From: the human T2T-CHM13v2.0 reference genome, Homo sapiens
Assembly (NCBI RefSeq): GCF_009914755.1
Contig: NC_060926.1
DNA: 64,000 nucleotides
Reading direction: 5' to 3' (one strand)
Part shown: in pieces, positions 40,506 through 59,957 of the stretch
How positions within the stretch are numbered: the stretch's first letter is position 1
How the letters are laid out: each line of letters begins with the position of its first letter
Position numbers and translations under genes: made by a program
Notes under the pieces: generated by a model
What the model was told of the DNA's origin: nothing
The model's database searches: none
What the model saw: only the letters and a program-made list of their open reading frames with translations

Positions 40506-41341
40506 TTATCCTATATCTGATACTAACTAGCTACATAAACAAAAGGAAGTTATGCAATTTGTATGTGTCTCACATACTGTAACAGTAAAATTAAGGTAAC
40601 AATGTCTGGCCTGTAATCCTTGAGATTAACAGAGCAGGGGAAATGTTGTGAAACAGATTTAAAAATGTTAAAGTACAATACATTAAATAAATAAGGTGTT
40701 TTCATTCATGTCCTAAAAAGTCAAAGGTGGAAAGACCCTTAGAAGTAATATTATTCAATTCTAACTCACATTAATAAAGAAATAAACTCTAATCTAGAAA
40801 GGAAGAGTGACTCGTTCTAGCAAACCAGTAGCAACTCACCAGCAAAGTTGTAAACAGATTCTAGTCCAGAATTTCTAACACTCCATAAGTATCTTTTTAC
40901 TTGAGAGTTGGCTGGACATGTCATTGGGCATGCAGCTAAAGCACATTTTATTTAACTTTAAAAAATTTTTCAACACCTTCAAGTAATGGTAAACACCATC
41001 GGACATTGCCAAATATGAGCTAGGAATCATGGGCCAACAGGTTCAATTGTACCAGATAACTTACATTACAATTTATTTCATTTAGCATCAAATATACAGC
41101 CTAGGAATATTAAATTCTACCCTACCTTAAAGTTACTGAGGACAATGATTTCCATAATCATTGAAAATGAAAAAAGCCAATTAAAAGATGCTTCCAGTGA
41201 AAAGGTTTATGCTTTCCTGACCTTTAGAAAACACTTCACATGAAGATTATCTTTTGTTCTCCTTCCTTCAAAATTCAATTCATTGAAACTGAACAAACAG
41301 CAACTGAATATCTATTCTGTGCTAAATTCAAATTGATAATA

Positions 41342-41668
<327 letters not shown>

Positions 41669-42280
41669 TAAATGAAAAAAAAATTCTCAGAAAAAAACTT
41701 CCATTTATAAAATAGTTAACAATACTTTTATTAAGTCAAATTCAAGTCTAAGGATTTAATGTTTAAAAACTCGCAAAACTTAGTATGATCTAATTTTTGT
41801 TTTCATCGTTTTACTACTTTCTACTAAAATGTAACATCACATTCACTAATTCAGAATATCAGACAAAAATATTAAAATTTTTTCAGAAGTTTACAAAGAC
41901 CAATTTAAAGATTAAAATTTTTAATTTTATTAGATGTAGTCAAATTAAAAAATTTTTAAAGTTAAATAAAATGTGCTTTCGCTGCATGCCCAATGAATTC
42001 AATCCTGCTTATAGTTGCCTCTCTTGGCCTTCAATAGCTTAATAACGGTGTTTAGATTCTCTTTGGTTTCATTATTAGGATGACAGGGAAAAAATATGAC
42101 TACATCTAATAAAATTACAAACTGAACTTTGCAGTGAGAAATGTTCATTTGAACATAATTTACAATTAATAATAAAAAAACAACTGCATTATAGCATACC
42201 TTTCAAACTCAGACAAACTGGCTTTTAAAATTCTTTTCATTATTTTTATAGTGATTGCCAAAACTTTGCATTAGAATTAA

Positions 42281-42307
42281 ATACATGTGCGCACGCACGC
42301 GCGCGCG

Positions 42308-42343
<36 letters not shown>
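42281..42343. repeat. Compound (CG)9/(CA)n alternating purine-pyrimidine tract
   Basis: 63 bp of unbroken R/Y alternation; (CG)9 at 42298-42315. Confidence 0.95.
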
Positions 42344-42350
<7 letters not shown>

Positions 42351-43230
42351 CACACATACACAGTAAATGTGATACATCCTGGATACAAACCACTCTGGAA
42401 TCATCAGAGAACCCTAGAATAAATGACAAATCTGAAACTCCAAAGTTCTTTACATAGTACTAATGAATACTTGAAGACAGGATAGGCAAACAAATCCATC
42501 CTCAACAGTGACTTTAAAGAGGTAGAGGTTCCAGTTATCAGCATTACTTGAGAGAGCTTTGTCAAAATGTGTAGCATAGCTATAGATGACAGTATGCCAT
42601 GCCACTCAGCTGTATGTACTGGTATGTGGTGGGATACTAGAACAGGAAGTAGATAGGAAAACGTCTTATGTGACAGCTGCTCCAGGTTATCCTAATATTT
42701 TGACATTAATAGGTATAAAAAAACCAGTCCTTCAAGTTCCTTTTCTGCCAACTGATATGGCTGTGTTTTAGATTGAAAAAGCAGCTCTGTTTAATTGAGT
42801 CATTCATTCAAAGACCAACTTTATTTTAGGAAATGGTAGAACTCTGCCCTATATTTAAATGTTTTAACTAAAACAGAATAATTAATTATTCTAAGGTTCC
42901 CCCAGTAACTGGTACACCAGTGTTACCCTAGTAACAATAAAGCAATAATCATCAATTTATAATCTCTGTGTTTAAAGTTAGTGTTAAATGGTCAAAATCA
43001 ATTTTGATTTAAAAATAACTTCTCAACAGTTTTATACAAATAAGTTCCATTTTACTTGTATACTAGCTTTTTTTAGCTTGGTGATCATAATTACACATCT
43101 CTAGGTGATACTGATGTTGATAGTCCAGGGACTCTACTTCGATAATCACCAATCTAGCTTTTATCTGAATACTTCTAATGCTTTTATGAGGACAAAGTAA
43201 AATTCTCATTATTAGAAATTCTCATTATAC

Positions 43231-43948
<718 letters not shown>

Positions 43949-44911
43949 CTATTCTTTCTCATATATGAAGGTCACTCAATCTGAAGAAAACTCCCTATCT
44001 TTAAACTTACCTTCTCAAAAATAAGACTCACCAATTTCTTCAACCACATCTCACTCTCTAGACTATCAAAGCCTTTTATCATTCCTTATAGACACTATAG
44101 TTCTTAGTGTCCCCTTTAATACATGGCACTTACAATTTAACACAATAAAAACGTCTTAAATCTCAGTAACAGTGTACATGTGGCTTATTAATCTACTAGT
44201 CAATATCAGCTTTGTAAGTACACTAGTTCTTTCAACAACTGTATTATAGCACTTCCCAAATGCCAGTCTATGGACTAATTAACTCGATAAATTTTTCAGT
44301 GATGCAGAGTAAATGAGAAAATACCAGTGTAGTAATTTTTTCATTAACTTAAAGTTATTCAAGTTAAATTACTCTATTACTCTGAGTTTAAGTCCTTCCT
44401 AAATATTGGGAGTCACTTTTAAAATAAAATGGTAAGGGAAGATAGTAGTTGTCTTTTCAAAAGTCCTTACACGGCAAAATTAAGTTTTACATTTCACAGT
44501 CCTTTTTAAAAATGTTGGTCTAGTGTCCTAAAATACTCAGGTAAAAAGGTTCATCTGATCTAGCTTCTGCTATCATCTAGGTAGCCAAGCACTTAGAATA
44601 ATTTAAAGAATTTGCAACAACCAATCACAAGCTCCACCGATCACTTTTTTGATTAGTTTATTGCAGCAAAGTAAACCTCCCAATGGATTCCAGCAAATAA
44701 AAGGGCTTCAAAGTTATTCAACACTAATTTCCAAGACTTCTTAGTTTCCCATACCCATTTCCCACTTACCTTTATGATCCTAAATAACACTCCAACCAGT
44801 CAATCTGACTACATCAAAATAAGACAGGATTGTGATGGCAAAAACTTACCACCGCTTTTTGCAGTTTAGATTATTTGCCAACTTTTGAACTACAAACGGC
44901 ACCATCTATGA

Positions 44912-45128
44912 CAGGAGACAGCAAATTATGGCCCACAGGCCAAATCCAGCTCACCATCTTTGTGTAAATAAACTTTTATTAGAACACATTCACATTCATT
45001 TGATTACACATTGTCTATGGTGGCTTTTGTGCTACAATTGCAGAGGAAAATAGTAAGGACAGACTATATGGCCTGTGAAGCCCAAAATATTTACTATCTG
45101 GTCTTTTACAGAAACATTTACCAACCTG
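44912..45128. mobile_element. MER58A-like hAT-Charlie element
   Basis: gcaaattatggcccacaggccaaatccagc...aaaatatttactatctggtcttttacagaaa. Confidence 0.8.
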
Positions 45129-46183
45129 AAAACTCAGGGAATAAACTATTTGCTACCAAAGCAATATTTAAGATCTGTAACATTAACCATTTACTAGCTC
45201 AGAACACCAGCCATCTAAATGGGAATATCTAAATACAAATACTGGTATATCTGAATAGTTCTTTATCCTACTCTGTATGAAGATTTGTTGCCCACCCAAG
45301 ACAGAGCACTTACTTACCTGCTCAGTGAGCTAATCTTTAACATACATTTCTCAAGGATTCACTAGCGGAATAGTGAAGAATCCATGAATATGCTGCTCTG
45401 TGCAATCTAAGGTTAAAAAAAAAAAAGTTGCTACAAAACACTCAAAACTATATAATAAAGAAGCAACTGTATAGAGCTACATAAGAATTTCCTTTATATT
45501 TTAGATTCCAAATACAAAACTTTTAAAGGCACTTAAAGTAGAAAAGCTTAAGTTCAACATTTTAGGTAATATTAACTGCATTAAATAATGCAAATTAAAT
45601 TTCCTTTTGTGTTAAATAACAAGACTTTCATTTCCATGTATGTGAAGTTGAAATCAAAAGATAGTATCTCTACATTATTCATGTAGCTATTAAAAATAAA
45701 TGACACCAGAACCTCTACAAAATAAAGTCACAGTATCAAAGTACTTTGAAACTAGAAAGCACTTAAGAGATCCCCTCCACATTTTACAAATGAGAAAGTT
45801 TCAATATGACATGAAACACTTAAGTTCAGAGAACTAATTAGTGGCAGAAATAGAACTAGAACCCAACACTCAATCATCAATTTGGAACTCTTTCTACTTC
45901 ATTATCAGGTATGTTGATATTCTAGGAAAGTGTAGAGTGATGCTGAAATATTCTGCAGATTTGTTTGTTTGTTTAGAGGGTTTTGGGGGGCTCACTACAT
46001 TGCCCAGGCTGGTCTCAAACTGTCAAGTGATCCTCCTGCCTCCACAGTCAAAGTAGCTGGGACTACAGGTGCATACCATCGTGTCCAGCTTCTACAGTTT
46101 TAAAAGTGCAAGAACCATACTTGTACTATAGTCCACCCAACTTAGGCAACCCTCTTGTCTTTTTAAAAATCAATCAACTATAA

Positions 46184-46531
<348 letters not shown>

Positions 46532-46559
46532 TTATAAAGCAACTCTTATTAGAATGGTC

Positions 46560-47220
46560 AAAGAAACAACCGATTGTTATGTTAACCAACTGTCAAAGAT
46601 TAAAAAAATAATGATACTGGTGAAGGGGCAGAATGATGGGTACTCATACATTGTTAATTTAGTACAATCTTTCTAAAGGGTTATAACTTGGAAATATTTT
46701 AAAGAGCCTAAAAAGTTCTCACTGTCTAAACCACTTATTCCATGTACATGAGTATATCCTAAAGAGTCTAATATAGAGATGAAATTTTACAAACAAGGAT
46801 GTCTATCCCACTATTATTTATAATGGTGAAAGATTAGAACAACCTAATATCCAAAGAGAGAAGTAGTTAAATTGTGGCATATTCATACAATAGAATATTA
46901 GGCAGCCATTTTTAAAAGTCACATTTTCATAGACATGGGTAAATATGTATGAAGTTAGGTTATAAAAAACAGGGTACATAACTATATGGTCAGTATAATC
47001 TCGTTTGTTATTACACACACACACAAACACATGTATACACACTCATACATAGAAATAGCACAGACAAAGACTGAAAAGAAATACAGAAAAATATTAACAG
47101 GGTTATCTCTGGGTAGTGAGATTGCAGATAATTTTTTCTCTTTATAACTTTTCAGTAATTTTCAAATTTTCTAAAATAATCATGTATTAGTCTTATACTC
47201 AGAAAACATTATTTTAAAAA
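46560..47220 (+). mobile_element. Old L1ME-type 3' fragment
   Basis: gtactcatacattg, gaacaacctaa, gcagccatt and ggttatctctggg motifs. Confidence 0.6.
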
Positions 47221-48248
47221 TTCACTGTTGTCCATTTTAAAATTTTATAGTTCATATTAAACAAGAAATAAATATTAATAGTACTAAAAAGTGTATCTAA
47301 ATTACGGAAAATAAATCACTAATGTGTAAGAATATAATTTCCACACATACATAGGTGGGCGACTTTGAATCTAAAAGGTAACATTATTTTATTTCACTCG
47401 AGTATAGAAAGTTGATATTTAATAAATAAGAAACATAAATCTTTAAATAAAATTGGTGCAAGGCATCTAAAAATTGTGCTACTCTGGCATAACACTGGAG
47501 ATATAAACACTCTCTAATATAATGTAGACACTGTTAGGTTAAAATAGGTATAATGCAGTACATACATGGTAACTGAATTATTAACTAAATTATATCTTTT
47601 TTTTTTTTTTTTTTTTTTTTTGGCGAAAGTGACTAGAATTGGTCTATGCTAAAGAAAGAAAGAAATACAACATCATACCATTATTTTAGTTGGAAGAGCC
47701 GCACCAAAAATCATGACAAAAAAAATTGTGTAACCATAAGAAAATCCAGTGGCTTGTTGTTGTTGATGATGTTAATGATCTCTGGCTAAAAATTCAAGTA
47801 AAAGAGTCAAACTGCTTAAAGCATTAAAAAAGCACAGCAGTGTAAGGTCTGCAATGATTTGAAAAACACTAAGAACACTCTTCAATGTTTCCTCATTTGC
47901 AGACTATCAAACATGATCTTTGAAGTCAAGGATTACATCTACGTTCTTTTACCAATCTTGAATATATATTCTGTTACAATATAGTAATGACACAAAGGGA
48001 TGTCACAGACAAAAAGGCAAACTGCATGTAATTTAAAAAGTTAACTTTAAGATCATATGATTCTAATTTCTGATTTAAAAAAATCATACAAATATATAAA
48101 ATATAAAATACATCCTAATATATTTTTACATAAGAGCTGAGGTTTACCATTTTTAACAAAAATTCTGAGATGGAATTAATAAAAAACAATTTTCATATAT
48201 ACCACAGAGCAATAAGTTTAAATCAGACTATTTTGAGTTGTGTAGCCC

Positions 48249-48254
48249 TTTATT
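48249..48254 (-). terminator. Polyadenylation signal AATAAA (distal)
   Basis: tttatt on + strand, about 515 nt after the stop; UGUA motif just upstream (tgtaca near 48280). Confidence 0.7.
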
Positions 48255-48356
48255 AGCAACTAAAATAGAAGGTATCTGTTGTACAACATGGGTAGTAATT
48301 GACTATAACTGGAGATTTATTATATTCTAATACAGATCATTTATAAATGCAATTTC

Positions 48357-48362
48357 TTTATT
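48357..48362 (-). terminator. Polyadenylation signal AATAAA (proximal, alternative)
   Basis: tttatt on + strand, about 405 nt after the stop. Confidence 0.55.
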
Positions 48363-48768
48363 AAAAAGCTTCCACCTTTTTGTTTGTTTGTGTACAATTT
48401 GCAAAACTATTCTGAAAGCGGAATATATGTGCACAAGTCTGCAAAGAGTGCAAATTTAGGATATGGTAAATGCTTTACAAGTTACTTTCAAAAAACTGTC
48501 TGCCACAACTGAGCCTTTACATTGTCATCTTTTTTGATCAAAATATTTTGATGCCAGCCTTCCTTCCACTGCCCTAAACTATAAAGCATTTTTTAATGAG
48601 TTGAAATTAAGGAAGGACTACACCTACTAGAAAAAAAGAGAAGAAAGTTCTATTAGTTTGAGGTTTCAGAATCCCCCCAAACCAGGACCAGTATCGTGGT
48701 AAAGGCTAGGCTGGGACCCCGGACAGAGTATGAGAATGTGCAGGTGGCATCCCTGAGGATTCAGAGCT

Positions 48769-48900
48769 TCAGTGGACCGTGAGTGCTCCAGCTGCATAAC
48801 TCACTGAACTGTCTTGCCAGTTTCTACACTGGCTCGACTGGGCATAATTCAAAAACGAAAAACTCATATTCATTCCATTCTTCTGGAGCTCTGTGATAGC
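48769..48900 (-). CDS. MEMO1: MEMO1 last coding exon (43 aa + TGA)
   Basis: AITELQKNGMNMSFSFLNYAQSSQCRNWQDSSVSYAAGALTVH* is the MEMO1 C-terminus. Polypyrimidine tract plus AG at 48901-48902; TGA at 48769-48771. Confidence 0.97.
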   Translation of the reverse strand, partial: AITELQKNGMNMSFSFLNYAQSSQCRNWQDSSVSYAAGALTVH

Positions 48901-50255
48901 CTAGAAAAAAGAAAAATTTGGTTAGGACACACATCACATAAAAAACTGGGCACTCAATGTGTTTGCGGTTTGACTTTGTCCACTTCACAGCTGAAGCCTA
49001 GATTATCTCTTTTGCTCTTTTGTTTCTTGAATTTCTCTTGTTGCATCATATTAAAATAGAAAAAAAAGAATTCCTTATCATTTTCTCAAATAACTTCTAA
49101 TCTTGTTTTTTGATAATTAAGTATCAGTCATCATTTACCCTCCCTCTCCCTGTAATAAGGCCATTTTTTAAACCCTTTTTAACTTTTTAAATATATTTCT
49201 CTTTACCGTATAAACCAAATCCCTGGCCACTTCTGTCTTAAGACGTCGGAGTCTTTATCTGACTTTGACTAAATTTGAAATGTATACAAATTAAAATCCA
49301 AATCTAAAAGGTATATGCTAGGATTTTTACTTTAATTGTCGATTGGTTCAGCATTTACTTTATAATACAAATTTTATTTGATTCAATTCAGATTTTAGGA
49401 AATTAGTACAGTTTATTCTAGCTTCAATTTTCAAAAATTAGTTTAAGTTCTTGAAAAGCTTTTCTTTGAGTCAATCAATACAGCTTAGAAGAAAAACCCT
49501 TCTTAAAAACCCACAATATATTACCTTTCAAATCACATTAAAATAATACTGGACTTAAGGTCCTAACTTAGTCTATTCTGGACTACATTATCTTCTCCAT
49601 TATTTCCCTGCCTCTCCAAATAAGCCCATTGTTACTTTCTCCTCCCATTCCTGAGTATACACTTTCTTCTTTCTTAATTAATGTCATATTTTCATTCAAG
49701 AAATTAATAGTTTTCCTAATTAGAAGAAAAAAATGCTATTTCTTTTTCTAAAATCCAGCTAACCGAAACTTCTGACTCTTACCATTCCTTAACTGAAATA
49801 AACATTATTTTTGTTTTAATGAGAAAAACACACATCATCTGTCTTGCTTTATTACATTATGAACATTTAAAGTTTAAGAGCAGAATCTTCCACTTATTTT
49901 TTATAGAGTCTAGACCAGTAAATAAAACCAAAAAATTAATAAGACCATATCTCTTAAGAGGTCACTTTGGTTTGTATTTATAAAGAGCATATTGGAACTA
50001 AGAGTCAAGAGAAAATGTGGGTCTCTATTCTAAATAACTTTTTGTATTTAACAGAAAGTATTGAACTGTATTCCAATGATAAATAACTTTATTCAAGTAA
50101 CCAAAAGCAATGGAACTCCAAATTATATTAAAGATACTAAAAAGAAACTTGACCATAGGTACATAAAACCAATGATGCCATTGTATCACAATGATAATAT
50201 TTTGGAATATCATATGACCAAATGTTAAAAGTCAAGGCTTCCTAAGGATACTCAC

Positions 50256-50360
50256 ATTTAATAACACCCCAATGGGATGTCTTCCACATATAGTATTATG
50301 GTATTTCTTCAAGTAATTGCTAAAAGATACAGGGTCTAATTGTTCTATAATACTCATACC
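50256..50360 (-). CDS. MEMO1: MEMO1 penultimate coding exon
   Basis: 105 nt = [35 protein letters not shown]; includes Cys244 when counted back from the 297-aa C-terminus. T-rich acceptor with AG at 50361-50362, donor GTGAGT at 50250-50255. In frame with both neighbouring exons. Confidence 0.97.
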
Positions 50361-50996
50361 CTAAAAAAAAAAAAAAAGAAGAGGAAGAAAAAAATAAAAG
50401 AAGAAGACAATATTTATTATTTCCTAATTATATTTTAAAACTGTTACTTAAACATAATTCTTCAATTAGTGAGACACAAAGAAAACAGATTAAATAAACC
50501 TTGTGAAACATCAAACTCATTCATCAAAGCTATTACCACCATTATAGTCAACTCTCTATTAACAGAAAACTTTTAATCCCCAGTTTATTTTCTCCAAACT
50601 CCAGGTATGTTTCTATACTACTTTAACCAGTTGTCATTTAGCTCACAATCCTCAAACATTTCATAATATTATATCTTTCTTCCATAGAAAGAATACACAA
50701 AAGTAAATCTGCTGTGAAAATTTGTGTATGAAACCTAAAATTTAATTTATTTTGTGGCTGTTTTCTCCATATCCATTATATTCTGCCTCCTATTGGCATG
50801 AAAAATCAAGAGATAATTTTAATTGAACTATTTCCATAACATATACTTAAATATCAACCATGTAAGGTATTTTAAATCACCAGCATTAAATAATCTAGGT
50901 TTGTGGAAAAAAATGACACGAACTAAGAAAAAAGTTAACATATTTTAATTAATTTAAAGCTCATGATAAAGGCAGGCTTAAGCAACACAGATCTCC

Positions 50997-51285
<289 letters not shown>

Positions 51286-52103
51286 TACAACACAGGTCTC
51301 TTATGAACAAGATTAATAATAAAGGAAAGCTTTTTATCTCTTTATTCTTTAAGCCAGAATGCCTTGTTTTCAACATCTTAATACATAATAAAATTTGTTA
51401 GACTATTGTTAAAACAACCACTATGACTTGAACATTAGTTTACACTAAATTCTGCAATCTCCAAATACATTCAAATAATGTATTTACAACTCATTAATAT
51501 AGAGCAACTTTAACTCACCAAGTCGGGGAAATAAATTATTGATTCTAGCTAATTATACATACACCAATTATATTATTTTCTTATTCAGTTAAAACACTTT
51601 ATATTAAATAAACTGGATTCATACTCTGTGGGAGAAATGCAAATGGTGGTTTAACTAGGGACTTAACTGGTTATTCTGTGTTTTTGTTTTTGTTTTTATT
51701 TCACATTTTAACAAAACAGGTATAGTGTAAAAGCACCAAGAGTAATCAGATAAACATCTGTTAAAAGTAAAAGTCATCTGGAAAATGATAGCAATCAGTG
51801 GGTAACATAGAAATTTTACAGTGGCAGCATCAAAATTTAATTCTATAAAAAAACTTTCCTTCAGAATATTCGACTCCTTCACAAACATTATCAATATTCC
51901 ATATATACACACACACACACACACATATATATATATCTGAAACATAGACATATACATGTGCAATCAACTTTGAATTGCTTGCACATCAATTAGCCACTCT
52001 CAGATTGGTCCACAATCAGTTTGTAATGCTAAGTTGGTTGTCCCCTGCCAATCACAGGACTTCCAGGTCAACACTCTCCACCGACACTTGGTATATAAGC
52101 TCA

Positions 52104-52490
<387 letters not shown>

Positions 52491-55400
52491 TCATAATTCT
52501 GATGCCAAAAACATTACAGTACATTTCTAACCCAAGAATGGATTGTAGTAATGCAGAGATGGAGTTATAAATCTCTTCCATAAATAATGGATGATCAAGA
52601 TATAACTCCCCTAGAGATAAATGAACAGAGGCACAAAACAGGCAAAAGTCCTGATTCTAAATTTCTAATTGTAGGCTCTTTCTCACTCTCTACTCTGATG
52701 TACTAAAGTATAACAAGACTCATACTAACAATTCTTTGAACACTTACATAGCTACAACTTGCATACATGTTGTAGGTGAACTTTTAATACTCCTGAATGA
52801 AGTCTATCTAGGACAGCTTACCTTATAAATCCACTCATTAATAAATAATGTGACACTGAGATTCTAATGTACATTTTAATATTAAAATCTCAAAGCACAT
52901 TCAGAACAAACATCACATTTATATACTGATATGAATTTAAACAGAAGAAAACTAATCACATTTCAGAAGACCAAGAATTCAAAGTAACTGGTCAAGAAAA
53001 CCTAATATAGAAAAACAGGAGATTAAATGCAGAAAAAATACTACTAAGTAAAGAGTTAAAAATGAAGATATACTGGTTAAATTACAAGACAGAAAATAAA
53101 AAATTGAGATGATGGGAGTTAAGAAATTAAATGTACAAAAATTTTAATTCTTTAAAGTGGGCTATAAACTTAGTAGTGCAAAAATTAATTCAATTATACT
53201 CAGCTGACACAAGTGATGGTTTAAGAGGTATGCCTCTTTATAAGGAAAGATGGGAAAACTAAGGCTTTTCTCATAAGTGAACCTCTCTAATTGAAAAATT
53301 CATGAAGTATGCAAACAAAAGCAATAATGATAAAATTTAGAAATGGAACATTATTAACTAATACAGGATACTGGCAAATACACTTCTAGATATACCTATG
53401 TTTTTATGTTAACAGCTATGAGATTACTATTAGGAAAATTCCAAAAAGATAGAAATGCTAGTTCAATGCTGTTGGCAAAAGTCCAAGAAGATGAAAAAGA
53501 ATATCCTTCCCCAATTAGGCTGAATTAACTGTTTTATTTCTTAAAAGAGTAGAAGATATGATCAGTAAGTCTAAAGTCCAGGCAATGAGAGCTTCCTAAG
53601 GCCTAGTATAGTGAAAATTTGATTGTTCACATAAACTTAACCTAATGTGGAGGAGTGAAATGGGTCACTATACTACCCATTCAGCGCTAAGATATAAGGC
53701 AGACATTATAAACACCAAAAGCCCATCCATCAAGGATACAGGTTTCTGAGGAATTTAAGTTTCAGAAACAAATCCACAAATTGAAAGCTAACTCCCTAAA
53801 TTTAGGGGGTGAGCCAGTCTATCATTGTGTTGACTCTTCAAGTAATCAGTGAATATTTGTGATGTCAAATTCCAAGTGGCAACCCCAAACTAAATAGGCA
53901 GTATTAACTGACAAAGCTCAGATTCAGGACCCTGATAAGACAACAAATTATCTTCCCTCTTTAAAAAAGTTTACCTATATTTAATAAAATGACAATCTAA
54001 AAATTATCACCCAGAAGGAAATCTCTCCCAAAAGTAACAAATGCAAAGGAGTAGCAAAACATTTTAGAGGCACTTACGAAATAAAAACCAGAATCATATC
54101 TTTTAATTCCAACCACATAATTAACACCATATTATCAAATCATTAGATTTGTGGGTTTATAGTTTAAAGGATATATATTTATATTTGCAGATAAGTATAC
54201 ATTTAGTGACATGGGGTAGGAAAAGGAAATATTCTAGTTTCTTTAAGAGGTATCAAGATAAAATAGTAACAGTGAAAGTTTTATGGAAAAAACTCACCTT
54301 AAAAATAGCAGTGCTAAGTAATGTACTAATAAATGGCTATCTTATAAGTGATGTTATAAAACTTACTAAAAAGCTATTGGCTTAGGTTCAAGAGAAAGAA
54401 GTATGAGGTGACGAAGGAACAATTTTCACTTTTAAAACAGTAGGAAGGAAGAAAAGTAGTTCACATTCAAATTAAGTGAAGTAACTGATAAATTTAAAAG
54501 AAAAAGAAGTTATAACAGATGAATACAATGACATTTTCAGATTATCCTTGCCGAATCATAATTTGCCAATGTCCATAATGAAACACTGGTCTACACCAAA
54601 AAAAGTAGTATAATAAAAATGATAACCTATGACCATCTCATATGAATAACTATGACTAATATTTCAAGTAAGTAAAGTTTACAAGATCAGTATCTCCAAC
54701 TAGGTTCTGCTTTAGTCACAGTAATTATTGACATTGCAAAGCACTAATTACCAAAAACACTGGTCTATAGCCAATAAAATTACAAGACTTTCAGAGTTTA
54801 GATATCCTATGCTACAGTTACATAGTTTTTCCCAACTACATTCGGTAGTTTGTTCTCCTATATTTTATGTGTTTTTTCACATAATTAATTTCTAAGATAT
54901 TCAAGTGCTAGAAATATAAACATTTTGCAATAAGAATAGCTATTTTTCTTTTGCAACTTAGTTTTATTTTCTAGCCTTGTAATAACTATATTTAGTAATA
55001 GTTTTCAGTTAAAAAGGACCAAAACTTAATTAACATGCTAATTTTGAACAGATGTAATCTAAAATTTTATACTTAGTTTCTTTTTACTCTATCAAACTTC
55101 CAAAATGTATATTATTGGAATTCAAAATTAACATTTTTATAATGCTTATACAGAGAACCATCCAAGTACATTTTGTCTGAAAAGATCACATATGAAAACT
55201 AAGATATTGGTTCTCAAATGATTTAAATTATTTATAATATAAAATAATCTCTTAGAAAATAAATATGCAAAAGTACATTCACCATCTGATTAATCAATTA
55301 AGACAATACAATATTTAAGTCTGCCTAACAGCAAGTGTACATATATATATACATAGGTAATATAAACACACCTAAGTTTATGTCTAGAGCTAACCATACA

Positions 55401-55879
55401 CGGGTCTTATTATTTTGACCCATGTATTCTAACTCCCAGAATTGACTTATAAGTTGAATCAACAATATACTAATAAAATAGAACACTTATGAGCCATTTA
55501 AAAATTCTATATATAAATAAATATATCTCAACAAATGGACCACAGAAATAAACTCCAAGTCCAAATGTTAAAATCAAATATTAAATTCAAGCATATTAAT
55601 ATGAAGCAAATACTCAATATTTATTCAGAAATCATATTCCAGGGTATTTAAATAAAATTTTTTAAATTATGTTCCAGTAATTTGGGATATCTAAAGTAAG
55701 GTAAATCAGATGCAAACTTAGAAGTCAACCTGGGCTAAGTGGTTCTACTGTACAATTTATTCCCTTTTTTCTTTTTTGAGACAGGGTCTCAGCAAATTTC
55801 AACAAAGTACCACAAGTGAGTTCTGTTGTAATGATAAGGTTAATGATTACTATAGTAGGCAATCTCATCTCTGTCCTGG

Positions 55880-59030
<3,151 letters not shown>

Positions 59031-59957
59031 GTACGGTGTTTGAGCACGTGCTTCTGGCAGGAGTTCTTTTATATTTTTGGTGCAAAAAGCATTACTTTCA
59101 TAAAATTTAGTACAAACTTGCTAAAGACCATGTCCAGGAAGACTTTATTTACTTTGAAAATTTTTAGTACTGAGGTATCTTTCAAAATTATTTTCTGTAT
59201 GGTTACCTAACCAAAAAAAGACAATTTTAATGACAGGGGAAAATTTACATGCATACCATTAATAATTTATATTTCACATATATGCAGCCATTCCTCCTTA
59301 GAGATTCTTTCCTAAATGAATAAAATGTAACACAAGAAAGGTTAAACCGAGGAGAAACGAGAATCATATAGCTGATATAATCTTAAGTCAAATCTCTCCA
59401 ATACCTCAAATTAGGGATTAATGTTACTGGAAATTCTGAAGTAATCTCATAGTTTCCATCTTTAAAAACTCCTCCTGTGACTGTGTTTCCCTGGATCTCG
59501 TCATCTACCAAATCAGTTAACATTTAAACATTGCTCCTTTCTGTCATACTCAAACTAGTAGAGAATAATTTTTCACATTTGGTTTTTGCCTCTTCATTCC
59601 AATTTAGATTCTAAGCTGATTCCACTGAAACTGCTCTTGCAAGGTTCTTAATTCACCTCTGTGCAGCATTTGATACTCTTCCTCCCTCTTTGCTAAATAA
59701 AGCTCATCCTCTCTGTGATATTGCTCATTCTCAGTTCTCTCTAAGCAGAACTCTACTGGCTCTGCTTTATCTCCTCTTCCACTTAATGCTGGTATGTCCA
59801 TCTGATCTAACTCCCCCTTTGTTCCTACTCCTTATACTCTCTCTGGAGATTGACTCTCTAAACAATGGCATTAACATCCTTTCTTCCCATCCACTCCTCA
59901 TACACCAATAATTTCAAAATGTTTATCTCCATCCAGACCTACCTTCATGTTCTAAAC

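Larger units (their letters stand above)
48230..48768 (-). other. MEMO1: MEMO1 3'UTR (distal end approximate)
   Basis: Repeat-free AU-rich sequence after the stop codon, ending just past two AATAAA signals. Confidence 0.75.

Noticed and set aside
48814-49059. Plus-strand 81-aa ORF over the MEMO1 last exon
   Set aside because: Antisense shadow with a TTG start; the real frame is on the minus strand and bounded by splice sites.
55764-55790. Tiny Alu 3' stub (T-run + gagacagggtctc)
   Set aside because: Too short, with no clear TSD, to interpret.
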